This document shows, one piece after another, positions 41,039 to 49,952 of a stretch of 64,000 nt of DNA; the stretch's first letter is position 1; each line of letters opens with the position of its first letter. A program made the translations under genes and the position numbers. Below the pieces are notes generated by a model. That model was given only the letters and a program-made list of their open reading frames with translations. It was not told the DNA's origin and did not search any database. The DNA is from Candidatus Eiseniibacteriota bacterium (lineage in GTDB: Bacteria; Eisenbacteria; RBG-16-71-46; SZUA-252): the NCBI GenBank assembly GCA_963703225.1, contig OY969801.1, positions 640,001-704,000 of the forward strand, written 5' to 3'.

Positions 41039-41040
41039 CC

Positions 41041-43008
41041 ATGGCCAAGCGATTCGACTCGGGGATTAGCAGCCGCGTCTCGACGGCCAGCGGAGTTTTC
41101 ACCGCGGTCACCACCCGAGCCCTCGCGCTGCAGGAAGTGGCGCTAGCCTTGGCCAGCAGCGATGACATCGACCGGATGGCCGCCGCCTTCCTTCCGCTCG
41201 CCTCCGGGGCCCTCGGAGCCCGCGAGGGGGCCCTCTTCCTCGTGCCCAGGGAAAACGAGTACCAGCTCTCGACGCTTCACGGCACGCCCGAAGACCTGAA
41301 GGAGATGCTCGAGGAGAGCTTGGTGGAGCAGGCCGCCGCGGGAGTGGCCGGAGGGTCGGAGGGCCCGGTCACCCGCGAGACGATTCTCAAGGACCCGTCC
41401 TACATCGAATGGTGCGGGGAGCAGGAGATCGAGGGAGAGAAGCGCCGCCCGTACTACGAGATCTACGCACCGCTCCGAGCGCAGGAAACCGTCGTGGGCG
41501 TCCTCGCCTTCACCCAACGCTACGACGGGCGCGATTTCGGCCCCGACGATGTCCTCTTTATCGAGCACATCGCCTCGAGCGCCTCCGTCGCGGTCAGCCG
41601 ATGCATGCTCGGCAGGGAGAACGAGAAGAAGATCGAGATGCTGCGGGCTCTGGCCCGGTTTACGGGCGAGATCACCTCGACGCTCGACCTGAACCGGGTG
41701 CTCCAAACGGTGGCCAACACGACCGAGGCCGTGATGGAGCGGGACCGCGCGATCGTGGCGCTCCTGGAGGGGGGCGCGCTCCGAATCCGGGCGGTCAGCG
41801 ACAAGGTCGCCGTGGAATCGAACGAAGCGGAGGTGCTCGGAATCGCCGAAGTCCTCGGCGTCGCCCTCCGCCGCCGCGGCAGGCTTCGGGTGACGGCGGC
41901 GACCGTGGCGGAGGAGGGCTCGGACGTTCCCGACCGGGAGGTATTCGCCCGCTATTTCGAGGCGGGCGAAATGCAGTCGATCCTGGCCTTGCCGCTTCAG
42001 GACGAGGAGGGGCTGCTGGGGTACCTGGTGCTCGAATCGCGAGACCCGGACGGCTTTGGGGACGCGAACGCGGAGGAGTTCCTCGGGATCGTAAGCGGAT
42101 CGGTCACCGTGGCCATCCGAAACGCCGACCTATACCGGCGCATGCCGATGGTGGGGTTTCTGGCTCCGCTCGCGTCCCACCAGCGCCGCTTGGCCGCGAT
42201 GGACCCTCGCCGGCGCGCCCTCCTCCTCGGGGGAATTGCGGCGGCGGCGCTTTTCTTGGGCTTCCTTCCGCTCCCCCGAAACGCCGCCGGGCCCGCCGTC
42301 ATCCGGCCGTCGGAGATCCTTCCCGTCACCGCGCTCGCTCCCGGGATCGTGGAACGAGTTTATGCCCTGGGCGGGGAGCGGCTTGTCGCAGGCTCCCCCG
42401 TCGCGAGCCTCCGAAATATGGAATCGGGTGCGCGGCTCTCCGCCGCGGAGGCTGACTTGGCGATCGCGGAGCGGCGCGCGGCCGAGGCGTCGCAGCGGCG
42501 GGATCCGGTCGAAGCTCGGCGCTGGTCCCTCGAAGCCCAAAACCTGGCCGGCTGGATGGAGTATGCACGCTCGGAGGAGCGCGACCAGAGATTGACGGCC
42601 CCGGTGACCGGATCGATCTTGACCCCCCGGCTCGAGGAGAAGGTCGGTGAGCGGCTCGAGCGCGGGGACGTCCTGTGTGAGGTCGCCCGGCTCGACCCGG
42701 TTCACGTGGAGGTGCAGATCTGGGAGGAGGACGTGGGTGACGTCAGGGTGGGGAAGGGCGCCAGGGTGAAGGTTCTTTCGTATCCGAACCGCCAATTCCG
42801 CGGAACGATCCTGTCCGTGGCGCCGGAGGGGATCTCCCTGCCCGGTAAGCCGGCCGCCTTTACGGTCACCGTGGAGTGCCCGAATCCCGATCTGGAGCTT
42901 TTGGCCGGAATGACGGGCCGAGCGAAGCTCGAAGCCGGCTCGAGCCCCATCCTCTGGAACATCCTTCGCCCTCTGGGGCGCGCGCTTCGTATGAAATTCT
43001 GGATTTGA
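41041..43008 (+). CDS. GAF-GAF-TM-HlyD MFP fusion protein
   Basis: APLRAQETVVGVL and SILALPLQDEEGLLGYL GAF motifs, STLDLNRVLQ linker, one TM, APGIVERV / LTAPVTG, LLAGMTGRAKL. Confidence 0.88.
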   Translation: MAKRFDSGISSRVSTASGVFTAVTTRALALQEVALALASSDDIDRMAAAFLPLASGALGAREGALFLVPRENEYQLSTLHGTPEDLKEMLEESLVEQAAAGVAGGSEGPVTRETILKDPSYIEWCGEQEIEGEKRRPYYEIYAPLRAQETVVGVLAFTQRYDGRDFGPDDVLFIEHIASSASVAVSRCMLGRENEKKIEMLRALARFTGEITSTLDLNRVLQTVANTTEAVMERDRAIVALLEGGALRIRAVSDKVAVESNEAEVLGIAEVLGVALRRRGRLRVTAATVAEEGSDVPDREVFARYFEAGEMQSILALPLQDEEGLLGYLVLESRDPDGFGDANAEEFLGIVSGSVTVAIRNADLYRRMPMVGFLAPLASHQRRLAAMDPRRRALLLGGIAAAALFLGFLPLPRNAAGPAVIRPSEILPVTALAPGIVERVYALGGERLVAGSPVASLRNMESGARLSAAEADLAIAERRAAEASQRRDPVEARRWSLEAQNLAGWMEYARSEERDQRLTAPVTGSILTPRLEEKVGERLERGDVLCEVARLDPVHVEVQIWEEDVGDVRVGKGARVKVLSYPNRQFRGTILSVAPEGISLPGKPAAFTVTVECPNPDLELLAGMTGRAKLEAGSSPILWNILRPLGRALRMKFWI

Positions 43009-43122
43009 GTCGGCATGAATGCGGAAATTCCAATTCCCTCTTGGCCGACGAAACGCTGGGAGCCACACCCCGCGCGATTGCGGCGCAAGGGCTTCCACGA
43101 TCGGCGCGGATGATCACGCGAT

Positions 43123-43137
43123 CGGCACGCCGGTTGC
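43123..43137 (+). promoter_or_regulatory. sigma54 (-24/-12) promoter
   Basis: CGGCACG-CCGG-TTGC versus consensus TGGCACG-N4-TTGC; 64 nt upstream of the small peptide ATG; sigma54 activator adjacent. Confidence 0.85.
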
Positions 43138-43201
43138 CATAGCAAGTTGCCGTGAGCCGGTTGTCATGGTGACACCGGCCGGAAGAAACAGGGAGGGTGT
43201 C

Positions 43202-43339
43202 ATGGCCGCGAAGAAGATCTCCGCAAAGTCGAAGAGCAAGACGTCCGCGAAGAAGGGTGCCCGCAAGGTTTCGCCGACCACGCCGCGTGGAATGGCTCGC
43301 CGGAACGTCTACAGCCCTCCGGGCGGTGTCTCGGAGTAA
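43202..43339 (+). CDS. 45-aa Lys/Ser-rich peptide, candidate precursor/substrate of the adjacent system
   Basis: GGAGGG RBS; MAAKKISAKSKSKTSAKKGARKVSPTTPRGMARRNVYSPPGGVSE*; own promoter and downstream hairpin. Confidence 0.8.
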   Translation: MAAKKISAKSKSKTSAKKGARKVSPTTPRGMARRNVYSPPGGVSE

Positions 43340-43371
43340 GGCAGAGCTTCACCCAAGTCCCGAGATCAACA

Positions 43372-43411
43372 AATCGGGGCGGAGCCGGAAGAGAGCCGGC
43401 CCGCCCCGATT
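43372..43411. terminator. stem-loop between convergent genes (probably bidirectional terminator)
   Basis: AATCGGGGCGG(A)GCCGG-AAGAGAG-CCGGCCCGCCCCGATT. Confidence 0.7.
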
Positions 43412-43450
43412 CAATTGTTGGGTTTGAACGGCTAGATTCGGCGCCGGAGC

Positions 43451-45367
43451 TCAGCCCGGCAGCTTCCAACGGCGCTCGACAAAGCTCTCGATGGCCCGGT
43501 CGAGATAACACTGGTAGGTGGTGGGGAGCTTGGGCATTCGCCGCTCGCAGAGCTTTCGGGCTTGGGCCAGGCCCCCGTCGGCGTGGGCTGCCGACGCGAC
43601 CACCTTGAGGATGGAACGGAGACGCCGCTCCACGACCCCCGTCAAGTAGGGACCGCCTGCGATCGACTTGGTGGCCCGCTCCAGGTCGAACTCCGCGTCG
43701 CAAAACTCCCGCAGACACTCACCCTGGAGGTAGTAGGTCAGGGTGGTCCGATCGGCCACCGGCGCGTCGAGCGTTCCTTCCTTTGCCTGGGCCACCTTCA
43801 GCGTCCTACCGGCAGCCGCGACGTTGAATCCGTGCCGCCGGAGGTGGGTCAGGACCCAGTTGCCCATGCTCCGATCGCCGCGCTTGGGAGGCTCGCCCGC
43901 GGGCGCGAGGGTCGCGGGGCGGCGGAGCATCCGATCCAGATCGGGGGCGACGCCTCCGCTCGAGCCGCCCACGGCGATCGCCGTGATGAGGTTCTGGAGC
44001 TCACGGATGTTCCCGGGGTAGTGGTGCTCTACGAGCCTCGCCTCCAGTGCCGCGTCGATCTTGAGCGCCGGGGTTCCCATTTCCTCGGCCGCCGACTGCG
44101 CGAACCGGCGGGCGAGGATCGGAATGTCACCTTTCCTTTCCCGAAGCGGCGGGACGTGAAGTGTGAGGACGCTGACCCGGTAATAGAGGTCCCGGCGGAA
44201 GCGGCCCTGCTCGACCTCGTCCCAGAGGTCCCTGTTCGTCGCCGCGACGACCCGGACGTCGACCTGGATCGCCTCTTCGCCGCCGACGCGCCGGAAACAT
44301 CCCTCTTGGAGGACGCGCAGGAGCCGGGTCTGGGCCGAAAGCGGGAGCTCACCCAACTCATCCAGAAAGACGGTCCCGCGGTGAGCCATCTCGAAGACGC
44401 CCCGGCGGTCCTTCACGGCCCCCGTAAAGGCTCCCCGCTCGTGGCCAAAGAGCTCGCTCTCAATCAGGTCCTTGGGTATCGATCCGCAATCGACGACCTC
44501 AAATGGCGCCTTGCTTCGCGGGGAGATCTCGTGGACCGCGCGGGCCAAGAGCTCCTTGCCGCACCCTGTCTCTCCCTGGATCAGCACGGGGCAGCGCGTG
44601 GGGGCGACGCTCGCGGCTTCCTCCAAGAGGCGAAGCATGGCTGGGCTTTCCCCGAGGATCCGATCGGTGACCGGGTATTTGGCCCGAAGCTCCCGGAGCC
44701 GCCGGGTCACCTGGGAGGGCGCGCGGGCGTCCACCTCGGGGACCGTCGGATAGCTTGGCTCCGCGGGGAGTTCTGTCAACTCGGCGCCCGACTCGATTGC
44801 CTGAGCGGCCATCCCGGCCGCGCGAACGAGGAGCTCGAGTGTCTCAACCGCATAGGGCTCGCCGCCGATCCGGGGGCCGACCACGGCGATGCCCACCAGG
44901 CTGGACCGGACGACCAAGGGGAGAACGAAGGCGGCCTCGAGGCTCTCCGCCCAGCGGTAGAGCGGTCCGCGGGGGAGGGGCTCATATCCGTTTACCGCCT
45001 CGGGCCGGACCGGGAGCACCGCCCCGCCGTTCGACCCCGCGAGGTACTCTTGTATCGAGCGCGACAGCGCGATCTGCTCACTCTTGCCCGGTGGCGTGAG
45101 CCCGAACGCGACGGCGAGCTCGAGCTTGCGGCTGGCCGGGCAGTAGACGTAGCCGACCGTGTGCGAGGCTCCGGTCAGACCCAGGGTTGAGTGGAGGAGC
45201 CGGCCCAGGATTTCGGATGGCCGGCTTGCCCCCAGCAGGGAGCGCGCGATTTCGAGCAGGGCACAGGCGTCGGAATAACTGCGGGCCAGATCGGGATCGG
45301 TGTCGACGTCGATGAGTGGGCTATCCGGGGCCCGCGTCCGCCGCCTCACGGGGGACTGGGACATCAC
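43451..45367 (-). CDS. GAF-domain sigma54-dependent transcriptional activator (bEBP)
   Basis: GETGCGKE, ELFGHERGAFTGA, FLDELGE, FRRDLYYR, YPGNIRELQN; N-terminal GAF, no receiver domain. Confidence 0.95.
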   Translation of the reverse strand: MMSQSPVRRRTRAPDSPLIDVDTDPDLARSYSDACALLEIARSLLGASRPSEILGRLLHSTLGLTGASHTVGYVYCPASRKLELAVAFGLTPPGKSEQIALSRSIQEYLAGSNGGAVLPVRPEAVNGYEPLPRGPLYRWAESLEAAFVLPLVVRSSLVGIAVVGPRIGGEPYAVETLELLVRAAGMAAQAIESGAELTELPAEPSYPTVPEVDARAPSQVTRRLRELRAKYPVTDRILGESPAMLRLLEEAASVAPTRCPVLIQGETGCGKELLARAVHEISPRSKAPFEVVDCGSIPKDLIESELFGHERGAFTGAVKDRRGVFEMAHRGTVFLDELGELPLSAQTRLLRVLQEGCFRRVGGEEAIQVDVRVVAATNRDLWDEVEQGRFRRDLYYRVSVLTLHVPPLRERKGDIPILARRFAQSAAEEMGTPALKIDAALEARLVEHHYPGNIRELQNLITAIAVGGSSGGVAPDLDRMLRRPATLAPAGEPPKRGDRSMGNWVLTHLRRHGFNVAAAGRTLKVAQAKEGTLDAPVADRTTLTYYLQGECLREFCDAEFDLERATKSIAGGPYLTGVVERRLRSILKVVASAAHADGGLAQARKLCERRMPKLPTTYQCYLDRAIESFVERRWKLPG

Positions 45368-45427
45368 ATCCCTCCCGGTGAACTTCGCGGATCAGCCCGG
45401 CAAGGATAGCCGCGGGTGCGCCGCCCG

Positions 45428-46303
45428 TCAACGCCGGAACGAGAGTCCCATGAAGAATGTCGCACCGTCCGCCGCCTCCGATACGCCCAAGAGCACGCCA
45501 GCGTCGAGCTGCACGTTCGGGGTGGGACCGTACGTAAGGCCGGCGTCGAGCGTCCCGATCCACGTCCCCTCCCACCGGGGCCGAAAGCCCGCGGCAATCT
45601 CCACGAACCCTCGCAGGGGGCCATTCAGGCCCCGCCCGAGCGTCGCCGTTGTCAGCCACTCTCCATGTAGGCTGGAGCCGTCCTGGTCCCGAAACAGATC
45701 GGCCTCGACCATCACGCCCAGGCCGGTCTCCCCGGAAAGGGAGACCGCGAATGGCACGATCAGTCCGCCCTCCACCGCGTGGTCCGTGATCTCAGGGGAT
45801 CCCGTAGGGAGCTTGAGGAACGGCATGAGGGCCATCGCCGTCGCGCCTCCGTCGTTCCCCCACAGGTTCCACTTGAGGCGGACGGCCATATCGGTCGGGC
45901 CGGACGCCTTCTCGTCGAATTCGAGGGAATCGCCCGTGACTTCATGTCGGACGATCCCGACCCCTACCTGGAGATCCATGGATGGCAACAGCCCCAGCTT
46001 GGCGTTGACGCCCAGGATTCCCACGTCCGTCGACCGCCCGGCGTTGGATTCGTCGCGAGCGTAGCTCGCGGCTTCCAGCTCTACCTGTAGGTGGCCGGCG
46101 TCGACCGAGTAGGGGCTCTCGGTCAGGTCGGGGCGGTCGGTGCTCAGATCCCGCAGGAGGGACGAAGGGGTTGGATGAAAGAGGTGGTAGCCGTGTTTGT
46201 CGTCTTCCAGATCTGCTTCGGCTGCCACGCACCACGCGGGGGAAATTGCTACCAGGCCTGCGACCACGAGCGAAGCCGACAGGGGGCGGGGAGACGGGAT
46301 CAC
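45428..46303 (-). CDS. outer-membrane beta-barrel 'transporter' (Phenol_MetA_deg/SphA-like)
   Basis: Signal peptide, STDRPDLTESPYSVDAGHLQVE, KLPTG, C-terminal FFMGLSFRR. Confidence 0.8.
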   Translation of the reverse strand: MIPSPRPLSASLVVAGLVAISPAWCVAAEADLEDDKHGYHLFHPTPSSLLRDLSTDRPDLTESPYSVDAGHLQVELEAASYARDESNAGRSTDVGILGVNAKLGLLPSMDLQVGVGIVRHEVTGDSLEFDEKASGPTDMAVRLKWNLWGNDGGATAMALMPFLKLPTGSPEITDHAVEGGLIVPFAVSLSGETGLGVMVEADLFRDQDGSSLHGEWLTTATLGRGLNGPLRGFVEIAAGFRPRWEGTWIGTLDAGLTYGPTPNVQLDAGVLLGVSEAADGATFFMGLSFRR

Positions 46304-46361
46304 CGAGTTAGGCTATCCTAAATTCTTGCGCTGTCAAGAAGCGCGCGGCCCTCGCCGACGT

Positions 46362-47605
46362 CTAGAGCCGTCGGAGCCTGGGCGAGAGGGCTCCGAGGAC
46401 GCCCGTGAGGGCCCCCAGCGTTCCGCCGATCGCGAACAGCTCCGGTGCTCCGATCTTCTCGAGGATCAACCCGGCCAGCCCCGACGAGAGCGCGGTCACG
46501 CCGACCACGACGACGTTCTGGAGCGCGAAAACCCGGCCCACCAGCGCGGGCGGGACGATCCGCTGGAGAATTGTGGCTCGAGGAATGGTGATCAGCGGGA
46601 TCACCATCGAGTGAACGAGCGAAGTCACGAGGAGAAACGGGAGCGTGCGGCACCAGAGCAGGGGCACGTACGTGATGCCGTCGAGCGCGATCCCGACCAC
46701 CACGATCCAACCGCTGCGATATCGGCGGCCAAACCTGGCGACGGCGAAGCTTCCCGCGATCATCCCCACGCCGTAGATCGCCTCGACCAGCGCGTAGTCC
46801 GCCGCGCTCCCGCGCAGCGTGTCGCGGACGATCACGACGTTGCCGAGAATGGCCGGGCCCATGATGAACAGGTTGTCGAGCGCGGTCAGAATCAAGAGGA
46901 GCACCAGCGTTCCGTCCGACGCGATCGCGCGCAGGCCCCCGCGAAAGTCTTCCATCAGCGCTGGCGTCTCTCCCGGCGCGCGGTGGCCACGCCCCACGCC
47001 GCGCATTCCGAGGAGAAGGAGGAGCGATCCTCCGAAGAGGATCATGGCCGCCGGAAAGGTTGCGCCGGACCCCGGCCTGCTGAATGAGCACTCCGGCCGC
47101 GAGCGGCCCGAAGAGAAAGGCGGCCTGCTGCGAGGATTGGACCCACGCATTCGCCTTGGTGAGGCCCTCCACCGGCACGATCTCGGGGAGGATCGAATCG
47201 CGCGCGGGGTTGAAGAGCACGGCTGAGGTTGCCATGCCGAACGCGAGCGCGGTGAGCAGGGGCGGGGTCAGAATTCCACGCCAGAGCAGAGACCCCCGCG
47301 AGCGCCAGGAGGAGCGCGCGGCCCAGATCGGCACCCGCCATGACCAGCCGGCGGTTCCACCGGTCGACCAGAAGCCCGGCCACGACGCCGAAGAGGAGGG
47401 CCGGCAGGTAGGAGATCGTGGCCGCGACGCCGGTCGCCGCCTTCGAGCCGGTCAGGTCGAGAATCAGCCAGACGAACGCGATCTGAAAGATCGAGTCGCC
47501 AAACTGCGAGAGAAACTGCGCGGCCCAGAGAAACGCGAAGGGGGCGGGCACCCGAGGCGCCCGCCCCATCGCTTGCGAGAGGCCCGTATCGGGGCCCGTC
47601 GTCAC
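46362..47605 (-). CDS. MFS transporter (DHA3/MFS_3-like), frameshifts near 47295 and 47065
   Basis: LWAAQFLSQFGD, AGLLVDRWNRR motif A, FNPARDSILPEIV, LVGRVFA. Confidence 0.85.
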
Positions 47606-47618
47606 GCCCGCGTCCGGT

Positions 47619-48140
47619 TCAGACCTGCTGCGCCTGCTTGGGCTGGTACTCGGGCGCGTTGTTCTCGAAGTCCCACATCATCGGCGGCGCGACGCCCAGC
47701 ACGCGCAGGTACGTGTAGAGCTGGCCCCTGTGATGGATGTGCTCGTCGTAGACGATACTCACGCAAACCCAGCCGGGGAACGACATGCCCCAAGGAGACG
47801 CCACCATGGCGGTGATCTGCGCCTCGCTCAGCGACTGGATCGCCTTGTCGGACGCCTTCCAGCACTCGGTGGCAAAGCGGACGATGTCCTCGTGCGTCTT
47901 CAACTTGTCGACCGCCGCCTTGTCCGTCTCCTCCGTGAGCTTGATCTCGCCCCTCACGGCTCCCTCGGCAATTTCCCTCATCGAGTTGTACATGTGGCTG
48001 ATGAGCTCTTTCGGTGTACGCATCTCCGCGACCGGCCGGCTGTCGATCTTGTCCTTGGGAACCAGCGCGATCGCGCGCATCGTGATCCCGTGGATCGTCC
48101 GGAAGTGGTCCCATTTGGCCGTTACCGCCATCTTGTTCAT
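47619..48140 (-). CDS. DinB family protein
   Basis: MRTPKELISH, EHIHHRGQLYTYLRVLGVAPP. Confidence 0.92.
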   Translation of the reverse strand: MNKMAVTAKWDHFRTIHGITMRAIALVPKDKIDSRPVAEMRTPKELISHMYNSMREIAEGAVRGEIKLTEETDKAAVDKLKTHEDIVRFATECWKASDKAIQSLSEAQITAMVASPWGMSFPGWVCVSIVYDEHIHHRGQLYTYLRVLGVAPPMMWDFENNAPEYQPKQAQQV

Positions 48141-48160
48141 GCTTTGCCCCCCTGCGACGA

Positions 48161-48889
48161 TCAGCCCTTGGGCTTCGCCGTCATGTCCTTGGAATTGATG
48201 TCAAACGTGATCATGAAGCCGTTGGTGCCTTTGAACTCGAATGCCTTGTCGCCGAGGCGATAGGTTTCGATCTCGTTCGGCATGAGGACGAAGCCCGAGT
48301 TCCGCGGCGCGCCGAAATACTTGAGGTTCTGGATGACCACCGGCTCGGCGGTCTGTCCCTGGAACTTGTTCAGAACCACCTCGCCGGCCTTGCCGTTGTC
48401 CAGGCGAGCCGTGGCCTTCTCCTTGGTGGCGGTCCACTCGATCGGCAAGTCGCTCGCCTGGGTGAACGACTTCCATTTCACGGGATAGACCTTTCCGATG
48501 ATGGCCTTGATCCCCTCGCGCTGCTCCGGCAGAACCGAAGGGTCGAACGTGATGATGGCCCAATCGAATTCGCCGTCCGAGAAATCGTCCCCGAGATCCA
48601 TCGCCAGCCAGAACTTGGCGCCGTCGAGCTTCACCCCGCCGTAGCTTCCCTTGTTGACCCGGTAGACGTTGTTCGCGCGGCAGAAGTGCTCGGCCCCGTG
48701 CTCCATGCCGGCCATGGCGTGGCCGGCGGGCTTGGAGTTGAAATAGCACTGGCAGAACATCGGGCAGGAACATGCCTCGATGATCGTCGCGTTCATGGAC
48801 CAATCCATCGTGGTCTTGTCGTCGGCCATGGCCGACCCCCAACAGGCGAACAGGAGGCCGAGTGCGATTGCGAACCAGCGTGACTTCAT
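48161..48889 (-). CDS. secreted DUF1326-domain (Cys-rich, putative metal-binding) protein
   Basis: EACSCPMFCQC, GSYGGVKLDG; signal peptide MKSRWFAIALGLLFACWGSAMA. Confidence 0.8.
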   Translation of the reverse strand: MKSRWFAIALGLLFACWGSAMADDKTTMDWSMNATIIEACSCPMFCQCYFNSKPAGHAMAGMEHGAEHFCRANNVYRVNKGSYGGVKLDGAKFWLAMDLGDDFSDGEFDWAIITFDPSVLPEQREGIKAIIGKVYPVKWKSFTQASDLPIEWTATKEKATARLDNGKAGEVVLNKFQGQTAEPVVIQNLKYFGAPRNSGFVLMPNEIETYRLGDKAFEFKGTNGFMITFDINSKDMTAKPKG

Positions 48890-49097
48890 CGATGTTCCCC
48901 CTTCAAAGTGAGCGGCCTGCAGCAGGGGCCCGGTGACCGGCGCCCAAAGCGCGGACTTGTCGTCAGGGGCCGATCCGCGGCCCCCTGGAACACCAGATCT
49001 TCTACCACGTTTTGCCATGCCGAGAAAGGGTCGCCGAGCGGTCCATCGAAGCAGTTGTGATACCTAGGGTTATGCGGTCCCGCTCGAAGCCTTCGAA

Positions 49098-49900
49098 CTA
49101 GGGGTCCATCAGCTTTCTCAGACCCGGGACGTCGATCTTCCGCGCGAGCGATTCCACGTCACTCATCGGTCCGTAGTACTCCACGACGATCGAGCGAACC
49201 ATGTCAGGATGGTCCGAGGGTAGCTGCCCGGGAGTGAACGACGGAAACCCACCCGATTTCTGGAAACGCTGGCGGACTTGATCCTCGAGGTTGGATCCCA
49301 CGATGTACACGCGGAGGAGCGTGATCGGCTCCTGGGGCGGCTTCTCCTCGGGCGCCAGATCGGTCCGGGTGGTGTCGATCCCGCCGATCGTCGATTGCTC
49401 GATCGCCAACGCGCCCGGGAGATCGAAGAGGTGCGGCTTGTCGCTCTTGGACGCGATTCCGGTCGAGAGACCGCGAACTCCGTTCAGCGCGACCAGAACC
49501 TCGAGGACGCGATATTCGCCCTCCTCCACGTTGGAGGGCGCCGCCTGAAAGTCGCGCTCCGACCATGCTTCGATCGGCGCCCAGCGCGGGGTGCCCTTGA
49601 CGATCCCCGTGAACTCCGAGATGCCCTCCGACGTGCCGTCTTCCGCGGGCTGATAGGGCATGGGCGGTCGGGGAGCGGCGAAGACGATCTTCCCGAGTCT
49701 CTTCTTCATCCGGTCCCTGGTTTCGGGCGCGGCCGCGGTCCAGCTCACCGTGGTGTCGGTCGGCATGCTCTGCGGGGGAGGCGCTGAGACCGTCGTCTCC
49801 GAGTCGGCTGGGGTCTCCTGCGCGACCGCCGGGAGCGCGTTCGAGCTCAGGAGAAGAAGAACATGGGGAGCAGAGTCAGGGCGCGTCGCGCGCTTCGCAT
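49098..49900 (-). CDS. secreted hypothetical protein, probable frameshift near 49862
   Basis: 222-aa ORF extends upstream in frame through LLLLSSNALPAVA|QETPAD (signal-peptide-like); MRSARRALTLLP start lies in the adjacent frame. Confidence 0.6.
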
Positions 49901-49952
49901 CGGGGAGTCTCCAAGGTCTCGGGCACGGGGGCGTACTCGAAGGAACTACCCT

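Noticed and set aside
40465..41040. N-terminal 192-aa extension of the GAF-GAF-MFP ORF
   Set aside because: It overlaps the M50 fusion in another frame and is Arg/Pro/Gly-rich; ATG 41041 follows the upstream stop by 2 nt
25421..45190. Long antisense ORFs (989, 738, 826, 547, 690, 542 aa)
   Set aside because: Shadow frames of well-supported genes in high-GC sequence, with no recognisable motifs
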